This document shows, in pieces, positions 13,950-28,400 of a stretch of DNA of 64,000 bases. A model generated the notes under the pieces. The model ran no database searches. It saw nothing but the letters and a program-made list of their open reading frames with translations, and was not told the DNA's origin. Source of the stretch: Nageia nagi (lineage: Eukaryota > Plantae > Pinophyta). The position numbers were made by a program, and so were the translations under genes. Each line of letters opens with the position of its first letter. The stretch's first letter is position 1. Where the stretch lies: NCBI GenBank assembly GCA_050084985.1, contig JBITNC010000001.1:20646001-20710000 (forward strand), given 5' to 3'.

Positions 13950-15700
13950 AAAACTATGGTAGAAATTCTAGAGGTAGTAATCTCAAATAATGCATTTGAA
14001 TATGAATGTAAGTATAGATCATTGGGATCTAGAGGAATTTCTCATAGGAGAATTATTAATAATACAAACCAAGGGTTAACCAAATAAAAAGGATTATGGT
14101 TCTTTCTAGAAGTAGATAGTAGATATAGAGGCCTTACATATCCTCTAGAATATGAACCAAGAATGATATGGAAATTGTTTAACAAAGCAAAGGAAGGTGC
14201 ACAAATATGGGTCACTTATTTGAATCAATGGAATTCCAATTTAGGAAAGGTATTCTATCTTCGAGTTTACTTTTTGAGTGACCTCATGACTTGGCTAATT
14301 AAAAGATATGATCCTAGAAAGCAAAATTTTATGAATTGTAGAGGTCATACCATCTTTGAGTTAAGATAACATAGGATCAAGAAAGCATTCAATCTATAAA
14401 TAAATGGTAAGCTCTTTGACTTATCAACATTTCAAAGATACTGCTTTTTGTGGAAGATTATAAAACTCATGCTATGTTTCAAGATGAAATTCCTTTGTAT
14501 GGAAAAGATTTATTTATCATAAGTTTATTTTCATTTAAGTACTAGGCCATATTCTATGCAAAACTAATTAGCTATATATTAGGGTACATAAATCATTTCT
14601 TTGTTCATAGGGAGGTGTTTTTCCCTATGGTCAAAATTGTTTTTCCCTATAGGCTAACTATCTTTCCAATAGAATGCATAATGAGTTAGTACAATTGAAA
14701 AGAGACTATGAGATGAAAAAGGACTTGTATTTCTTTGGTTATTATATTTTAATTCATATTATTATTTCATATATTGAAGGTAGTTTAGTTAAGGAGCTTA
14801 ATCCTAGTGTTTCATTTCAAAATGTGGAAGATATATTACCCAAAATTTATCAGGGAATAGGTAGTTACTAATGGTTTTTTGAGGTCTTTTTGAAGAAAAT
14901 ATATAGCAATTTGACCAAAAATATTCCCATAAAATCTAATTATTTTATTAACTTCTTAGATAAATTCAAAGTAGGGGATTTGATAATCCTTTAATTAGGA
15001 ATAGTGACAAGAATGTTGGAGGGAAATTACAACCAAAGGCATTGCCTAATTTATGCCCAAATTATATCTTGTATGAAGAAGCTATTAAATAACTTGATGA
15101 AGATTTTAAAGAGGTTCCTCTTAGATCATTTGATCCTCATAATAAATTTTCCAAAATTTGGACAAAACTAAATAGTTTCAAAGTTTCTTATGAAGCTAAT
15201 GAATTTGAGGATGAATTGATTCAAGCTTTAAAGAAAAGGAAACCTTTATATCCTATTTGGGAAAAGTTTTTTTTTATAGAGGTTACTTTTAGTTGTCTTT
15301 AGTTGGATATATTTTAGAATAATTGAATAAAATTAGAGAGGGTACCATTGATACTATGTAACCTAGAATGGAAATCACAAATTGTAATCAGGGAAATGAT
15401 AATTCATTAGAAGCTATGTTGGTGAAAGCACCTAAGAAAATATTGATTCATTATCATCATCATATTATGAAGATAGATAAAAAGGTTGAAGAAGAGCAAA
15501 ATAATTCAAAACCTTTATCATTATTTCTTCCTCACGAACTTATTCCTTAATTGATCATACTATTTTAAAGAAATCCTGTACAAGAAGAAGTGTTAAAGAG
15601 GTTGAGAATGAGTGGGAATCTATTGAAAAAAGCATAAATTCTATCGAAAGGTATATTTTTTCAAGGTAAAAACTTTTCTATGGACCTCCTCTCTATTAGG
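13950..15700 (+). pseudogene. Decayed ORF of unknown function inside an LTR element (possible accessory ORF, not recognisably gag/pol)
   Basis: A run of same-strand ORF fragments (14163, 14674, 15368) with protein-like composition, e.g. DLMTWLIKRYDPRKQNFMNCRG, downstream of the LTR/PBS at 12390-12795. Confidence 0.4.
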
Positions 15701-16094
15701 AAATACTATACATAAGGCTTTGTTATTCTTTTTGTATATATAATTTACATATAGAACCTTGAAGAATGTTAACAGGAGAGAATTTTATAATATAAATTGA
15801 TTAACTCTAATAAGTAGTTAATGATTGAATGCTACTTGTTAGATACTCCATATATTTTATACAAAAGGACATGACTACAAAAAACATTGAATGAGCTAAA
15901 TAAGAGGAGAACCCATGAAGAGAGAGTGTGTGAGAGCTGAGTGTAAAATAACAACATCATTGTAACTAACTTATATTGATTGATATTCATAAAAGGCTCA
16001 ACCCCCTATTTATTGTGACTAAATTACATGTCTTTCCTTTGTGTTCCTCCTTTCCATTTAGTCATCGATTCTTGGTTGTATATAAAAATAGTAA

Positions 16095-17165
16095 AAGAAG
16101 TAAGAATGTTCTTAGGATTGATAGGTTATTACAAAAATTTTATCAAAAACTACATAGCTTTAGATGCCCCTATTGATGAGTTAACTAAAAAAAGTTAATT
16201 ATTCTATTAGTCACAACAATGCTAAAAAAAATTTGATCTATTGAAACTTAAGTTATATAAAGCCCCAATACTAATATTTCCTTATTGTACTAAGGAATTT
16301 TACATACATGTAGATGTGAGTATTCAAGAAATCAAGCCCATATTGGCATAGCCCAATGAATGTAATATTGACCATCCTATTTACTTTTCCAGTTGTAAAA
16401 TGGTATATGTGGATAAAAATTATATGATCACCAAACAAGAAGAATTAACCATGGTATAGACTCTTCAAAAATTAATTCATTATTTATTAGTAACAACATT
16501 TATTTTTTTCATAGATCATGAGACTCTAAGATACCTTCTCAATAAACCAGTCATTTAAGGAAGGATATATCTATGGCTATTCCTATTTCAAGAATTCACA
16601 TTTAAATTCATTGTTAAACCAAATAACTTAAATGTGGTACCTGATTTGTTATGAAAAATTGATAATGATTAAACCTCTAAAATTGATGATGAATTACTAG
16701 GAGCTCATTTATTTTGAGTCAAAGTATTCCTAGATGATCTAGAGGAAATAGCAACCTTTTTAACATTAGGATAATTACCCAATGGGTTTTCTTAAAAGGA
16801 GCAAAGAAAACTACTCATCAAAGTAATATTATACATCCTTAAATTGGGAGAACTCAATCAAATTGATATGGATGAAGTAATTTGATGCATATCCCTCCCA
16901 CATGAATGTGATGATATTCTTAGGAAAGCACATGATGTCATAGATGGTGATCATTTCAGTGGAGATCTAATAAGTACAAAAGTATTACAAGTCATGTTAT
17001 GGTGGCCCACCCTCCATTGTGATGCCCACTTTTATACCAAGAGTTATGCTATCTACCAAATAATTGATCATACATCCACTTGAGATAAACTCCCACTTCA
17101 ACCAATATTAACCTTACAACCATTTCAAAAGTGGATGATTGATTTTTTTGATCCTATATCACTTC
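16095..17165 (+). mobile_element. Ty3/Gypsy (non-chromovirus) RT-end/RNaseH/integrase remnant
   Basis: VRMFLGLIGYYKNFIKNY; PILIFP..KEFYIHVD; IDHPIYFSS; integrase zinc region AHDVIDGDHFSG...LWWPTLH; ends at PFQKWMIDF. Confidence 0.85.
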
Positions 17166-17169
17166 AAAA

Positions 17170-19410
17170 CTAAGTGAATTTCTCACACTAAGTATGTAGG
17201 AGGATAATGGTTCAAATAATAGCATCATTATACCAATAAATCCAACTAAAGTCACTTGTAAGATGAGGAAAAAGGTTCAAAATTCTATGAATATGGTAAT
17301 TCATGGAATAATGATGGAGGAAAAAGGTATTTAAAACAACTAAGACTTGAAATGCCTTTACAAAAGGTAATTCCTTAGAATAGTAAACATGATAAGAGCA
17401 TTATCAGAAGTAGTAGTGGTAGGTATGGTTTCAAAAATGGGGAAATATGCATGCTTCCTATTAAAGAAAAAGTTTGTATGGCCAAAAAGCATAGCCCAGC
17501 TAAGTTATTTAATAATACATACATGGCTAGCTTGAAAATTTTACCATGTATACCAAACATTCTCAAGGAATTCTCTTAAGAAAAAATAAGCATTAGGATC
17601 TAACATATTAAGCTTATTTCTTATAAAATACCAAACTTCACATTCTCCCATAGCCCACTACATGGTATGGTAACCCACCTTGTCAAATAGTTTTTCAATC
17701 ATATTGAAATCTTTGTACATGACCCATACTATAAGAGGAAGTGAAAAAGCATACCACTTCTAAAGGTTGCATCAATCATGGGTATTGTTGGTGACATAAA
17801 TGTTGATAATTCCAAATTACATTCCATCAATTTTGAGCAATATCCAAATAACTTAATTGATAGTGTCCATGCCCCAAGCAACCAAATGATCCTTCCATTA
17901 GTATTCTAAGAGAATGATAAATCCCCATAGCCAAGGGTATGATTGGTGGTAAAAAAAAGGCACCCTAGCCATAGAAAGGGACAAGTACATTATAGAATAA
18001 AATCAAAAATCTTGATCTCTTGCAAATATATAGCATCATGAATCCTATAATATCTAGAACATATAGCAATTTCATCTCAAATCAAATATTTTTGGACTAG
18101 ATTCATCTATCCTCTAACATTCTAAGAGAGGGAAATCATGGTACATGATCAAGGTGCATCAAACCCTTGATATCCTTTACATCATCGATGGTTATGAGAG
18201 ATTCATAAGAATTACTAAAGAGAGACTCATGATTGAAGATTCTAAATTCCATCTACCTCCTCTTATTAGGATGTCCCATGGGTTCATCTTAAGGAGGGCT
18301 ATGGGACTATCAACCATTAAGAGGAAAATATTCAGGCTCTAGAGAGTCTTGTGAATAAGAGATAATTGTATGCATAAGGGGTAGTTGAAAAGATGCAAAA
18401 ACCACTAAAGAGATAACACTCTTTGTAAAAGAAGTCACTATTGATGGAATACTACCATTAACAAGAGACATAATAGCCATGAAAGAGATGGTGATAATAG
18501 AGCTAGTTAGAAACTTAATAGAAGTTGCATCCATGGTTGCATTTGGGGAGTTAGAGCTACTAGGAACATTAGCAAATGGGGTCTATTTCATATACTTTTC
18601 TTTTTTATGAACAACCTTCCACTCATCTTATTTGGCTTTTGGAGAAGGAGCAGTATGAGAGGGTGTTGAAGTAGCCTCTTTGGTTTTTTTCTCTAACATA
18701 AGAGGGTAATCCTTTATCATATAAGAATTAGATTAGTAGAATATGTATTTTGCAAGTTAATATAAATAACCCACTATTGAAAGCAATGGTCATTGAATTA
18801 AACATTGATGTATTGCTTAAGATCCTTGAAAAGGTCAACCTTAACACAAAACTACTTTTTAGGGTGAGAAGCATAGAATATGTCCATTTTGAAATAGATA
18901 AATTCCCCTATAAGAGCACATAATTGCTAGTGATATGATTAGAGAGGCAAGGAAATACCAAGTAATTAAACCCAAATCAAAACACTTAGAGAGACCTGAT
19001 TGGTGATAGGGAAACTCTTGGTACATGTTTGGAAAACTAAGAGGAAACCATGATAGACTAGGTTCCATGGATAAGAATTGCTTGAGCCTAAGAGAGATCA
19101 ACAAAATAGAATAAAAAAAAAACATTTAGTTAGATTCTGAATTACATCAACCTTGACCGCATACCAAGTTTGTTGTATCTAAGTACAAATGATGGAATAC
19201 CTAGGGATGCAACTCATAAAATAGAAAACTAAAGTATTATTCTCAAGATAAGAACAAGTACTATTAAATTCATTCCAACATTCTAAAATATTAGCTCATG
19301 GTAGACCTTGGGGATGAATTTCTAGGGTTTCTTATTCATTCTAGGTACCATTGATTCCTCCATAACCTTTAACAAAATTTGAATCTCCAAAGTGAGTTTA
19401 GGCCATTAAA
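17170..19410 (-). mobile_element. LINE (L1-like) remnant: ORF1 with zinc knuckle and ORF2 AP-endonuclease; RT absent
   Basis: Minus strand: SLS*NVRG (SWNVRG) at ~18110-18140; DAIYLQEIK (LQETK) at ~18010-18040; KDFNMIE (GDFN) at ~17700. ORF1 knuckle remnant ...MIKDYP at ~18710-18760. Confidence 0.75.
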
Positions 19411-21599
19411 TAATAGACTATCTACTAAATAGAAAAAGTATAGTTAAATTCAATCAAAAAATTCCAAGTACTACTTCCCATAGTGTCTCCCAATGGAGTT
19501 ACGGTATAAGGATACAAACAAATCCTAGTGCATGTATAATAGATCAAAGCACTACCATAGTAAACCCTAAGTGCATTTCATGTTTATGCAATGAATCTAA
19601 CTTTCCATTCTTTATGTTTTAGTAATATGTAAAAAAATAACTATTATTTTGTTATAAATATTAAAATTTTGAAAACATGTATCCTATGAGAAAATTATAT
19701 AATACCTATATTTCCAAAGAAAATAATTAATTCCCATATGAAATAAATGCTAAAATTCTATGTGTCCTAGGTAAGGGAAGGAGATACCCCAAAAGAATTT
19801 ATTTTCATGAAAGTCATTGAATTTTTTGAGGTGAAAATAATAAAAAATATCCTCCTCTATTTATTTTTGGCATAAAGAAAAAAAGGTATAGTATATCTTC
19901 AAGTAGATAATAATGTCAACAACTCAGGTTGGGGACTCTACATTATTTAAGGTAGGTGATAATAGGTAAACATGAAAGAGGATACAATGTGCTAGACCAA
20001 AAATGACCTTCAAAGGTAGTTGTAAACCCTTTCTAAATCTCTATACCTACAATTAATCATCTACTATGTAAGCTTGTATTGTTAAAAATTTATTTTTCAT
20101 GGTTGTAGTTAATATACATTGGCTTATTTTACCATAAAACCATGTTTAAGGATCTAATTATGTGGTTATAACTTACCCCCTAAATATATGGTGGTAGTTC
20201 CAAAATACCAACTTAGGAAGTATAAGGGATGGTTTTAAATTGTTACTATAGTATTTAAGTGGATGCTTTAAAATCCTTGTATAGTTTAATGGGGTAATTT
20301 AAAAGTGCCTCCTCATAATTAATTTAGAAAAATATGCATATTTTTGAATAATATTCCAACATTCTAAAATACAATAAAATGTATCTCCAAATTACATCAT
20401 TCTCTTTTACCTTAGGTTCTTGAGCTCAATCATAGTGCTAGCCATAGGTTCTTTAAGGATGGCCCAAATATGAAATAATTTAAATACACCATATTGATCT
20501 AAGTGCACCATATGATATGAAACCTCATGAAATGATAAATATGTTATTTGAAATCCAAAAATATTCCATGTAACAAAAACTAGTCCAAAAAGGTAAGTTG
20601 GAAAAAACATGCTTGAAATACTGAGATAAATATATAAAAAACATATGGTTCACATGTGAATCCCATTTTGTATAAGAATATTTTTAAAAATAAATTATAA
20701 TATGTCCTAGTATTATAGAGCATAGTTGAATCATTTGAGCATAGTTGAATCATTTTAGCATAATTAAAATTGTAGAGAATATTTGAATCTTACTATGCTT
20801 ATCTTTTTGTTCATGATATTGTGGCAATAAACCTATCAAGAATAAATAAATTGTCCTTTTCATGCTTATACAATTAGACCATCATTTAACAAAAGAATAT
20901 GCTTGATATCATAATTTGGAATTTCATATACTAGCATTATAAAAATTATACACTTGCAAAAAATGAAGCATAAAATATCTCTCAAAATAAGGCCCTAAAA
21001 TAGGCTTGGATAAGGAAAGCAATTATCCAACCCTAAAAAAATTGAATAGTGAAAAACCAATCCAAAAGTGATAAGTTGGTCTCATCCACCATATGCTCAT
21101 ACATGATGTAACTATATCATATGATATGAAATTATCTATATATACTATATGATATAAAAACTTAATATAAATTGATCTAAGTTTTTTTAAAACCTCATAA
21201 AATAAATATGTTATTTGAAATCTGCAACAAATATAGACCTTCCACTGAAAGATCTAAACAAACCATGTGATATAAAATGATTTAAATAAAGATAAAAAAT
21301 TATTATCTATGTCTACCACATGATCTAAAATTAAATCCCAACTTTTGTTTTTCATTATATTCATTGATTATGGAAATAAATAAGGAACAAATAATACATA
21401 GTAGTATTACCAATAACCAATGTATACAAACATGTTAAAAAGTTAATGGATATAATTTAATTATTTAAATACCAATTCAAATGTATACATACTAATAAAT
21501 AATAAAAAATCTATATTAAGCTTCTAACTGAGCTACAATATCATACTTCCAAATATGTACCCTCAATACCCCCATGAACATATAGAATGTTACCATCAT

Positions 21600-23483
21600 T
21601 TGCATTATCATCTTGTGCAACTTTAGGTTCAACAAAATTTGTTGCTTCAAATATTTCATCCTCATATACTTCAATGTATTTTATCCCTCTTGTAGGTGAT
21701 ATAAGATCTATATACCAATTGGTTTCAATTGAATCTTATAATTAAAACTTGTATTTGGATTGCAATGCTAGAATACATGGATCATCTTCTCATCTATTCC
21801 CACATTGTAATCTATTAATATTTATGATTACGAAGCCCATATCATTATTTTTACATCCACTCTTCTTATAAACTATATTCAACTAATAACAATTGAACCA
21901 TGGGCATTGAAACTAATAATAATTTAATAAAATTATATCCCTAATAAAATCATAGTATATTATTAATATTATTTCTAGCACCAAGTTTATGTTATTTATG
22001 CTTTATCTACACCTAACAATTGCATCAACATACACTCTTATGTTCAGTTGTTCTTTGTTCATCTAGATGCATTTAGTATTAAATCTATAATTATTGATAA
22101 AATAGCTAAAAATTTTGGTTCTAGATTTATTTTAGCCACATTCAAACCATTATATTATGTTAGAGTCATTTTAATTATCTTGCTTTCCATCTCCCTAAAA
22201 TTGAAATAAAGAATAATAGTTTGATGATTATAGAGCATTACATGGTGATAACTATGTAAAGACTTTCCTAGTGGATTTTGGTCTCCTGTAGATAAACTAT
22301 AGTTTCTTATTCTTTATTACTCCCAAAAATATTATGATTAATTTCTTCTATACCTCTCATGTAGTTTGTACACAAAAATTAATTCCTAAATGAGATAAAA
22401 TTCTATGATACAACCTTTGAGCCTAGCTTGATTCTTTAGATAGCCCTTATAAATCATCATTATAATGTGAAAGAAAATAAACATTTTTTATTTGATGAGG
22501 CACTATACAAATGTTTAAAAAATTATGGGTATTGAAACTAATAAACACAAACAAACCTCTCAAAACTATACATCAATCCATATTATATAGGTACATAAAG
22601 ATGTACCTCCTACACCAAGTGAAATATTTAGTATACTAGGATATCAAAAAATCAAGGGGGGAGTAATGTTTTATAAAACATAAAATAACCATGACATTTT
22701 CCTCTAATTTCTCTATTTTTTTCTAATCCATAATTTTAGCACATATATCATTATAGAACATGTGTAACTTACAAATGATTTTTTACACTGGCTTGTCAAG
22801 AACTTTTCGTAGACCTACAAGAATTAGATAATGCATGATAGCATGATAGTCCTATGATTTTATACCAAGGATATTAGGTTCTTTCACATGAACATATTTT
22901 TTAATATTATAACTATATCCATTAGGTTCTTTTAGATTGTAAAATGTTTGATAGACCATTTATTTCTTAGCCTTCAATAAATTATAGGGTCCTACTATAA
23001 GATATATATTTTTGTTTTTATTTTTGATCATAATGGTTTCTTGATATTCATAATTATTAAATCCTCATGATATTTTTTACCATCCTTTAACTTTATCTTA
23101 ATACCTAACAATATCCCTAGGAGGATTTCATTGATATTTTTCTATACATGTATCACATCCAAGTTGTGATGAATTAAAAGATGTTGTTCAAAGATAAAAA
23201 ACATCAAACTAAAATTAATCAATATGGAAAGATATAATAATAAATTAATACATACATGAAATTGTGTATCATACCTCTTAATATGATAGTTCAAAAAATT
23301 GTAGTCTATCTTAAAATCAACTTTAATTTCATCCAAGTTCAAGTACCATTGTTGTGTGCTTTCTCTTAGAACTTTATTGGCCAATAATGAATATTGTTCC
23401 TTATTATGGATATAAATTTAATGATTTTATCATAATATATCATACCATTCTTTCCCTTTTAATACTTCTCTAATACTTACATG
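21600..23483 (-). mobile_element. CACTA/En-Spm transposase (TnpD-like) remnant, C-terminal part
   Basis: HNLDVIHV*KNI at ~23130-23170; PNGYSYNI...GIKS*DYHAIM at ~22830-22930; LPP*FFDILV...MYSFERF at ~22550-22670; DUF4216-like EDDPCILALQ at ~21760-21790. Confidence 0.85.
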
Positions 23484-25457
23484 TGTTCCATAGAATCCTA
23501 AGTGAGGGAACTAAGCCTAAGTGACTAAATTCCTCTTCTACCAAGATCTCATGAAACCTCTCTAAAACATCATCATAATAGCATAAACAAGATATCCAAT
23601 ATCAGAATGTTCACACAAATATAAATTAGTTCCTTTGTTGAACAAGGAAATAAATCTACTAATCTAAGATTTTATTCTCAAAGAGCACTTTCTTACAATT
23701 CTTTCTCACTTCTCCTACAACATAGACAAGAGCATAAATTTGCTACAAACTTGAGTAAGTAATCTCAAGGAGAGGAACCTCTATTTATAGGCTAAAATCC
23801 TTCCTTGTATCAACCTTTTAACCATTGTACAATTTCATTGCATACACCACCCCTTTACCCAAGGGGCATACCCATGAGATGGAGTATATGACAAGTTACA
23901 TTATTTTATTCACAAATACTTGAAAGGTATCTAGGGATATGTTTAGTGAATTTACATTATCATATTCACCAAATATTTAAGGTATCTATGGATAAATTTA
24001 AGTATTAAGTTAATTACATTAAAGAACTTATAATAATGCATTATGCATTCCAACATGCTCCCTTAATGCAATATTAGGTTAGAGAGATTAAGAGGGAGTT
24101 CTTCTCCATAGAGATACAATTGAAGATGTGAATATTTACATATTTGAGAAATAAGCAATATCTTATATTGAGACTCATTACTTTACCATTTGAAAAATGG
24201 TTTATAATACAATCATTAACATACTAGTTTCAATGTACAAAGTAGTCATTCAAGAACAAGTACTTGACATGATGAGCCTCCATGAGCCTACCCACTTGAA
24301 GTAGGTAACTTGCACTTTCAAGAATAAACATGTAAGATACAAGCATCTCATAAATAATATTAGTCAAATGCATCATATAAATATTCATATCAACATAAGA
24401 CAAATGAATCAAGTAATACCAATTAGAAATTGATTAATTATGCACTATAATTCATCACAAAAATGCCAAGCCAATACTCATAAGCAATTCTTGTATAAAA
24501 ATATGTTGATCAACATTAAAAAATAAAGCATAAGCACATATGATTTCCTCAAAAATGGATAACCAAGTAGTGCTAAAATGCATACACTAGTTCTTCATAT
24601 ATGGATAACTGAAATAATGCTAGTAGAATCTATAATATACTTAAAAATGTATAACTAGTTCCTCATATAAAGCAAACTAACCATGAAGGCATGTACAAAA
24701 ATATAAACATTGTATAGCCAAAAAATCTTCCTATGGATAAAGTTGTCATCAAAATATGAATTCAATAAGAATTCAACCTTTACACCCCCTTGAGTGTAAA
24801 TTCACCAACCTAATAGATTCCTTAAGAGTACAAAATTAAGCTTCAGGAAGTGGCTTGGGGAACAAATTAGCAGAGTTTAAGACTCATGGAAAATACTATA
24901 ATTCTAGGATACCATTCATAACCTTCTCCTTGATAAAATAAGATTATATTGAAACATGTTTTATACTCAGATGAAAAATAAGGTTCTTTTCCAAAGAAAT
25001 AATCAACTAATTATTTAAAGAAATTTGAGATAGGTGAGCTTGTTCATACCTAATTTCTTTTAGAAGATGCCTCAACCAAATAGCTTCTTGGAGAATGACT
25101 AACATGCATTTATATTTAATCTATATGGTGTTGAGAGCATTAGTAGGCTACTTCTTAGAAGTCCAAGAGATAGAACTTGAACCAATTCTAAACATATAAG
25201 TAGAGGTTGATTTCCAATCAACTTTATATCCTCTATAGTTAGAATTTGAGTACCCTAAGAGAATAAACATGGGAAACTTGGAATATTTAAGAACAAGATC
25301 CTTCATTATTACAACATACCTCAAGATTTTATTAACAACATTGAGGTGCTCAACATATAGTTTTTGCATAAACCATGCCATAAGATTTACTACAAAGGTA
25401 ATTTTTGGTGTAGAGATAGTCAAATAAAAAACATTACCTATTAACTACATGTAAGAT

Positions 25458-28400
25458 TGATCAGAAATGGAATTTTGGATGCAATAAATATGTGAAAAAA
25501 AAATGAAGTTTCTCTTTTTCTATATTTTTATGCTCAATGTTGAAGTCCCCTTTTCCATGATCCTAATACTTTGAACGAGGAAGAAAATAGAGTTGTCTTT
25601 CACAAGTTATCACTCCCCAAAGTTTTGGGAAAATAATAATTAAATATTATTATTTTCCAAATTAAAAGGATAATATTTATTTTTAATACCAATTTAATCC
25701 CATCAGTGGGACCCAATGAATCCAATATGGCATTTACAAGTTGGCATGTGGAAGTACATGGATAATTCTATACATAAGACTCCAAAAATATATACTTATA
25801 TTTCCACATAGCAAAATCTTTAATTTTGGTGGGAGGTGGTTATTTTTATTTGTATGAAGGAGGGTAAATGATGTTGAGGTGGTTGATGATCAAACATAGT
25901 GGATGACATACAATATGCAGGGCAAACCTTACATGGAGGTAGATCCCAAACTATCATGGAGTATATTAGGTACAAGTTAGTATCATACTATTCATAAATT
26001 AGTGGTAATTGAGGATCTTGTTGATAATTTTTCAAAGCCACCAATGTATGGGAGCTCATCAGACCCATCAACATGGAGTTAATGATCTATATCACTCAAA
26101 GGAGAATTACCTAATCCCAAGTGTATGCTCCTTAGAAAGAGTCACATGTAGTGGATAGACTATCATCCATTATATATCATCAACCTTGGATAAACCCACT
26201 TGATATCCAAGTTATTTGACAAACAATGGAGGTAAACACTAAACTATTGACCAACATCCTGAAGAGGGTAATAGCATCGATCAAAAAGGGGATTTTAACT
26301 CCCATAATTTGGGTTTATTATGCTCATTGGTACCACAACTCACATACCACCCCATTATAGAATGTTCATTAGAATTCAAAGTAGCTTAACCACATGATAA
26401 GTAAAATCTTCAAGTGCCAAATGCTTATTATGGATAATAGTTGAGACTTTATTGTGATGTGTTATTTGTAAATTAAGGGTTTAAAATAGTGGTTTACATT
26501 TTTAATAGTAAATGAAATTTACTATTAATAATGCTAAAATCAAAATAAATTATTGACCAAATAAAATGGAGCCCTAAAAACAAGGAGAAAAAAACCTATG
26601 GGAAATCTAAAATCATTTTTTTTTTTTTTGAGGAGATATGGTAGAGCATTTGAAAAGGGGAAAATAGCAATTTTGGTATTATTCATTGTAACCAATTTAT
26701 TTTTTAAAATAGCTCCTTATTATTATAAAAGGATGCTAAAAATATTGTAAATGGTTATAAAATAAGGAGGATAAAACTCTTAGAGGAAGCTTTGTGAAAG
26801 CTTTTATGAGCCCATTTCTTTGAAGGAATTGGGAGAGATGCTATGCTAGTGAAAGCATAAGCACTTGTTAAAATTCCATGCAAACATAGAATGAGAGTTA
26901 TTAAGAGACAAGTGAGATTGTTATAATAGTAGAAGGAAAAATCCATTTAGGTATTGGAGGCCTTGGGAAAACTATATTGTACTCACTTTTCACCATAGTT
27001 CAGACATACTAGATGTAGTCCATATTGGGTGAACCAAGGTGTATCGATGTCGCATTTTGTAAAGAATGATTTTTCTCTATTATTTATTCTAGAAATTATT
27101 TTATATTTTATAATTTCTTAAAAACCAAAATTTCTTCAAGCACATGGAAATATACAAGTGTGAGAATTTGTAGTGTTGACCTTAGAATGCCAAGGCAACT
27201 AAAGTTTATGGACCAAGTTGGTATTAGAGCAATTCATGTTGGGAACTAAATATTGAGCAATATTAGGTGTTTTAATTTTCTTATTTTTGGGCTACTAATA
27301 TTTTTGCAAGTGTAATTTTTCTACCATGAGTATAGAGAGGATTATTGGTGAGCTGCAAGATAAACATTTTGAGTTGGAAGGAATCTTGAAGAAAACGGCC
27401 AAGAGAATTGATTAGTTGGAGAGTCAAATGAAACTCGATGATCATGCTAAAGAAGGAGAAAATGAGATGCTTTCTATTTAAGCTTCTACCTCATAAAACA
27501 TTGATGATAAGAAATATCATCTTCATGGTGTTCAACATATTGGCATTGTGAATTAGAAGGAAGCTAGATCTTGTTACTTCTATAGAAAGACAGAATACAT
27601 CAAGTGTCAATGCTAGAATTTACATCCAAAGTTACAACCAAAGAAATCCAAAGATCCTAATAAATTCAAAATTATCAATAAGGTGTATGAGATGAAAGAG
27701 AAGCCTACTATAGTTCTAAAAGCTATATGTGATGGACCAGAGAAGAAGATGACATTTATGGGAATTCAAAGTCTTTATTTTTCAAATTAGTGAAAGGAGT
27801 TATTTTATGTGAAGGTGCAAGTGAAGAAGGTAAAATTCAATGCAATCTTTCATCTTTCATCTCAATCAAATTTGATTATTGGATCAATGGTAATGGGGAA
27901 TTCATAGTAACTCAACAATGTAATTTAAGATTTGCAATTAGGTCACAATTAATTAATGATGTATTTATGGATGTTGTATCATTGGGGATACATAGTATTG
28001 TGCTTAGTAGTCTATATATGTTTGATAAGAACAAACTATTTCATTAGAAAGAGAATCAACATCACCTTGTGAAAGAAGGGGTGAAGTTTAAATTCAATCT
28101 CATTGAACTAATACTAACCCATCTCTACTAGTTGGTGTAGTCCAAAAGAAACTAGAGAAGTGAGTAATCAAAATGCCTTCATCACAAAAGCAAATTTTGA
28201 AACAATATTTCCCATGCTCGATATTGGTAAAGTGTACTTATGATCTATTATCTAAATTTTTTGGATTATTATTATTTATTCTACTCATAGTTGTTTCCCT
28301 TTTGATTTCACTTGGGTCAAACATTGTAGCAGAATAGTGTGAGGAAAAGCTTTATTAGGGTAAGAGTTTGAATTAATTTGAGTTGTAAGAAGAAAAAAAA

